A stretch of DNA of 64,000 nucleotides from Phaeosaccion multiseriatum (lineage: Eukaryota > Protista > Ochrophyta, other classes), in contig OZ218951.1 in NCBI GenBank assembly GCA_965112735.1, positions 5,022,001 through 5,086,000 of the forward strand. Reading direction: 5' to 3'. Below, piece by piece: positions 62,438 to 64,000 of the stretch. The first letter of the stretch is position 1; each line of letters starts with the position of its first letter. The notes under the pieces are model-generated. The model was given only the letters and a program-made list of their open reading frames with translations. It was not told the DNA's origin and made no database searches. The translations under genes were made by a program, and so were the position numbers.

Positions 62438-63298
62438 GGTGCTTAGGAAGGGAGAGAAGGCACCCACACACACACACCCACACACAGAGAGAGATAGAGG
62501 GAGAGGGAGAGACGCACAGAGCTAGAGCCATCAGGGAGCGCCACATATGCCTGCTGATGGTGCGACCGTATCAACATCAACCGCTGGAAACGGTCCTCCT
62601 TGGCGCATCACGCCACCGAGCGGGGGTCTTGTGTCCAGGGCTATCTCTCGCATGGTGCGAGGGGAAGGAACTGACTGGGTCGGTGGGGTGGGGTCGGTTA
62701 CGTTGGCGGTTGCGTTAACGGTTGCGGCGTTGGTTTGGCCTTGGTTCATCTCTCGCCCGCCTTGGGTCTGCCTGAGAGAGAGAGAGAGAGAGAGGTAGCA
62801 GAAACGGAGGAGGAAGGAAGAGGACAGGAAGAAGGAGCCGACACAAGTTGATAAGGTTCCCTTGGAGGTGGAGAGAGTGAGGGAGAAGAGAGAGAGAGAG
62901 GCGAGAGTGGGGAAGAGAGGGGGAGGGGTCGAGGGAGGGCCGAGTGAGTAACGAACAGATACTTAGTTATTGGTCCGTATGTGACTGTGGACGCGGCTTC
63001 CCAGGGGTGGGGGGTGGGGGAGGGGGGTAGGTCTCTGCTGGCGCAATCAGCAGCAGCAGCAGTTGGTGATACAGCGGGGCCCAAGGTAGTAAAATGGGTT
63101 TATTTACCCTTGGCAGGGCAGGGCGTCCAGGAGAGAGGACTGGAATGGCTCGCTCACGTTGTTTTCTCAGTTTTGTACTCCCATTTTATGTATTAATTTT
63201 TTTTAATTTATGTTGAAAGGCGTCACATACAGAAAAATATATACAAACATACATGTCTCCCTCTCAGAAGGAAGCTGATACGGTCCAATCAATCTCAC

Positions 63299-64000
63299 TT
63301 GGCATTGCGTGGCACCGCTCCTCCTCCGCAGCTCCCCGACCCTTTCTCCGCGGCCTGCGGAGGGAAGGTCGAGGAAGGGAAAGGAATGGATCGATGGATG
63401 GCAGCTGACGCTCTGTGGCTGTGGCTGAATGGAATTGTCGACCCCTGACACTTGCTTATTGGCCCTTCGAGCCCAACAATAGCGCGCTATTGGCACACAT
63501 CAATAGAGCTGAGTGCAGGCCGGCCGCTGGCGCCCCCCCCCCCGCGTCCGCCGCCGGGGGCAATAGTCCAATACCTGTGAGGGGTGAGGGCCGGTGGGGG
63601 AATAGCTGATAGCGTACCGGCTGATGACGCCGGCAACAGTGATAGCTCAATAGCGCGCGTCAGGGCTTGATGGAATGGCTGCATGGCTGGACGCTGGGGC
63701 TGAACAGGGCCGGTTGGGTATTCGGGGCTGAATGGTTGGTTGGGTAGCTTCCACTGCCTTTCCTCCACTGCCTTTCATCCACTGCTGCTCATCCACTGCT
63801 GCTCATCCACTGCCAGCCATCCACTGCCATGGCCCCTCGCTTGCTACTAGGCTCACAGCGAGGAAAAGCCCGGGAGACGTCCTTGCTGAGACGGAGACGC
63901 TCCTCCCTGCCCATATGCCTGCCCTTCCTGCTGCCCGTACGCCTGCTGCTTCAGCTGGTTCAAGCTGCTGGTCGCCGCAGCAAGCGCACCACCACTCAAT
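63299..64000 (-). CDS. Fragment of an unidentified gene entering from the window end
   Basis: Open frame LSGGALAAATSSLNQLKQQAYGQQEG...GFSSL reaching either TGA or a GTGAGC donor near 63856. A possible small exon lies at ~63354-63299. Confidence 0.35.
63438..63670. mobile_element. Second MITE-like element of the same TIR family (233 bp)
   Basis: Ends TCGACCCCTGACAC and GCGTCAGGGCTTGA, many internal ATAG/CTAT motifs, flanks TGGAATTG and TGGAATGG. Confidence 0.65.

Overview
Intron-rich, GC-rich, microsatellite-laden eukaryotic nuclear DNA. Three proteins have a signal peptide followed by Phe and a transit-like stretch, which points to an alga with a secondary red plastid (ochrophyte; eustigmatophyte-like is a guess from the intron repeats). 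Recognisable genes: PHD-finger protein (partial), NDUFB3-like complex I subunit, ZMAT2/Snu23, ferredoxin-thioredoxin reductase variable-chain-like protein, Golgi-type sulfotransferase, indoleamine 2,3-dioxygenase, JTB-like protein, Aurora kinase, DNA polymerase alpha catalytic subunit and a plastid BASS transporter, plus several low-complexity hypothetical genes. Main observations: (1) three dispersed ankyrin-repeat paralogues (two intact, one decayed) with divergent repeats but a nearly invariant ~47-aa C-terminal tail; (2) a ~1.4-kb fold-back with ~700-bp arms (~96% identical) and a 6-nt loop; (3) polarised introns, with G-rich repeats or GGATGGCAGTGG after donors and their complements before acceptors; (4) a dispersed 15-mer, AGTTGGTGATACAGC, with 7 exact copies; (5) two members of a small MITE family. 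Exon boundaries were inferred by eye and may be off by a few bases.
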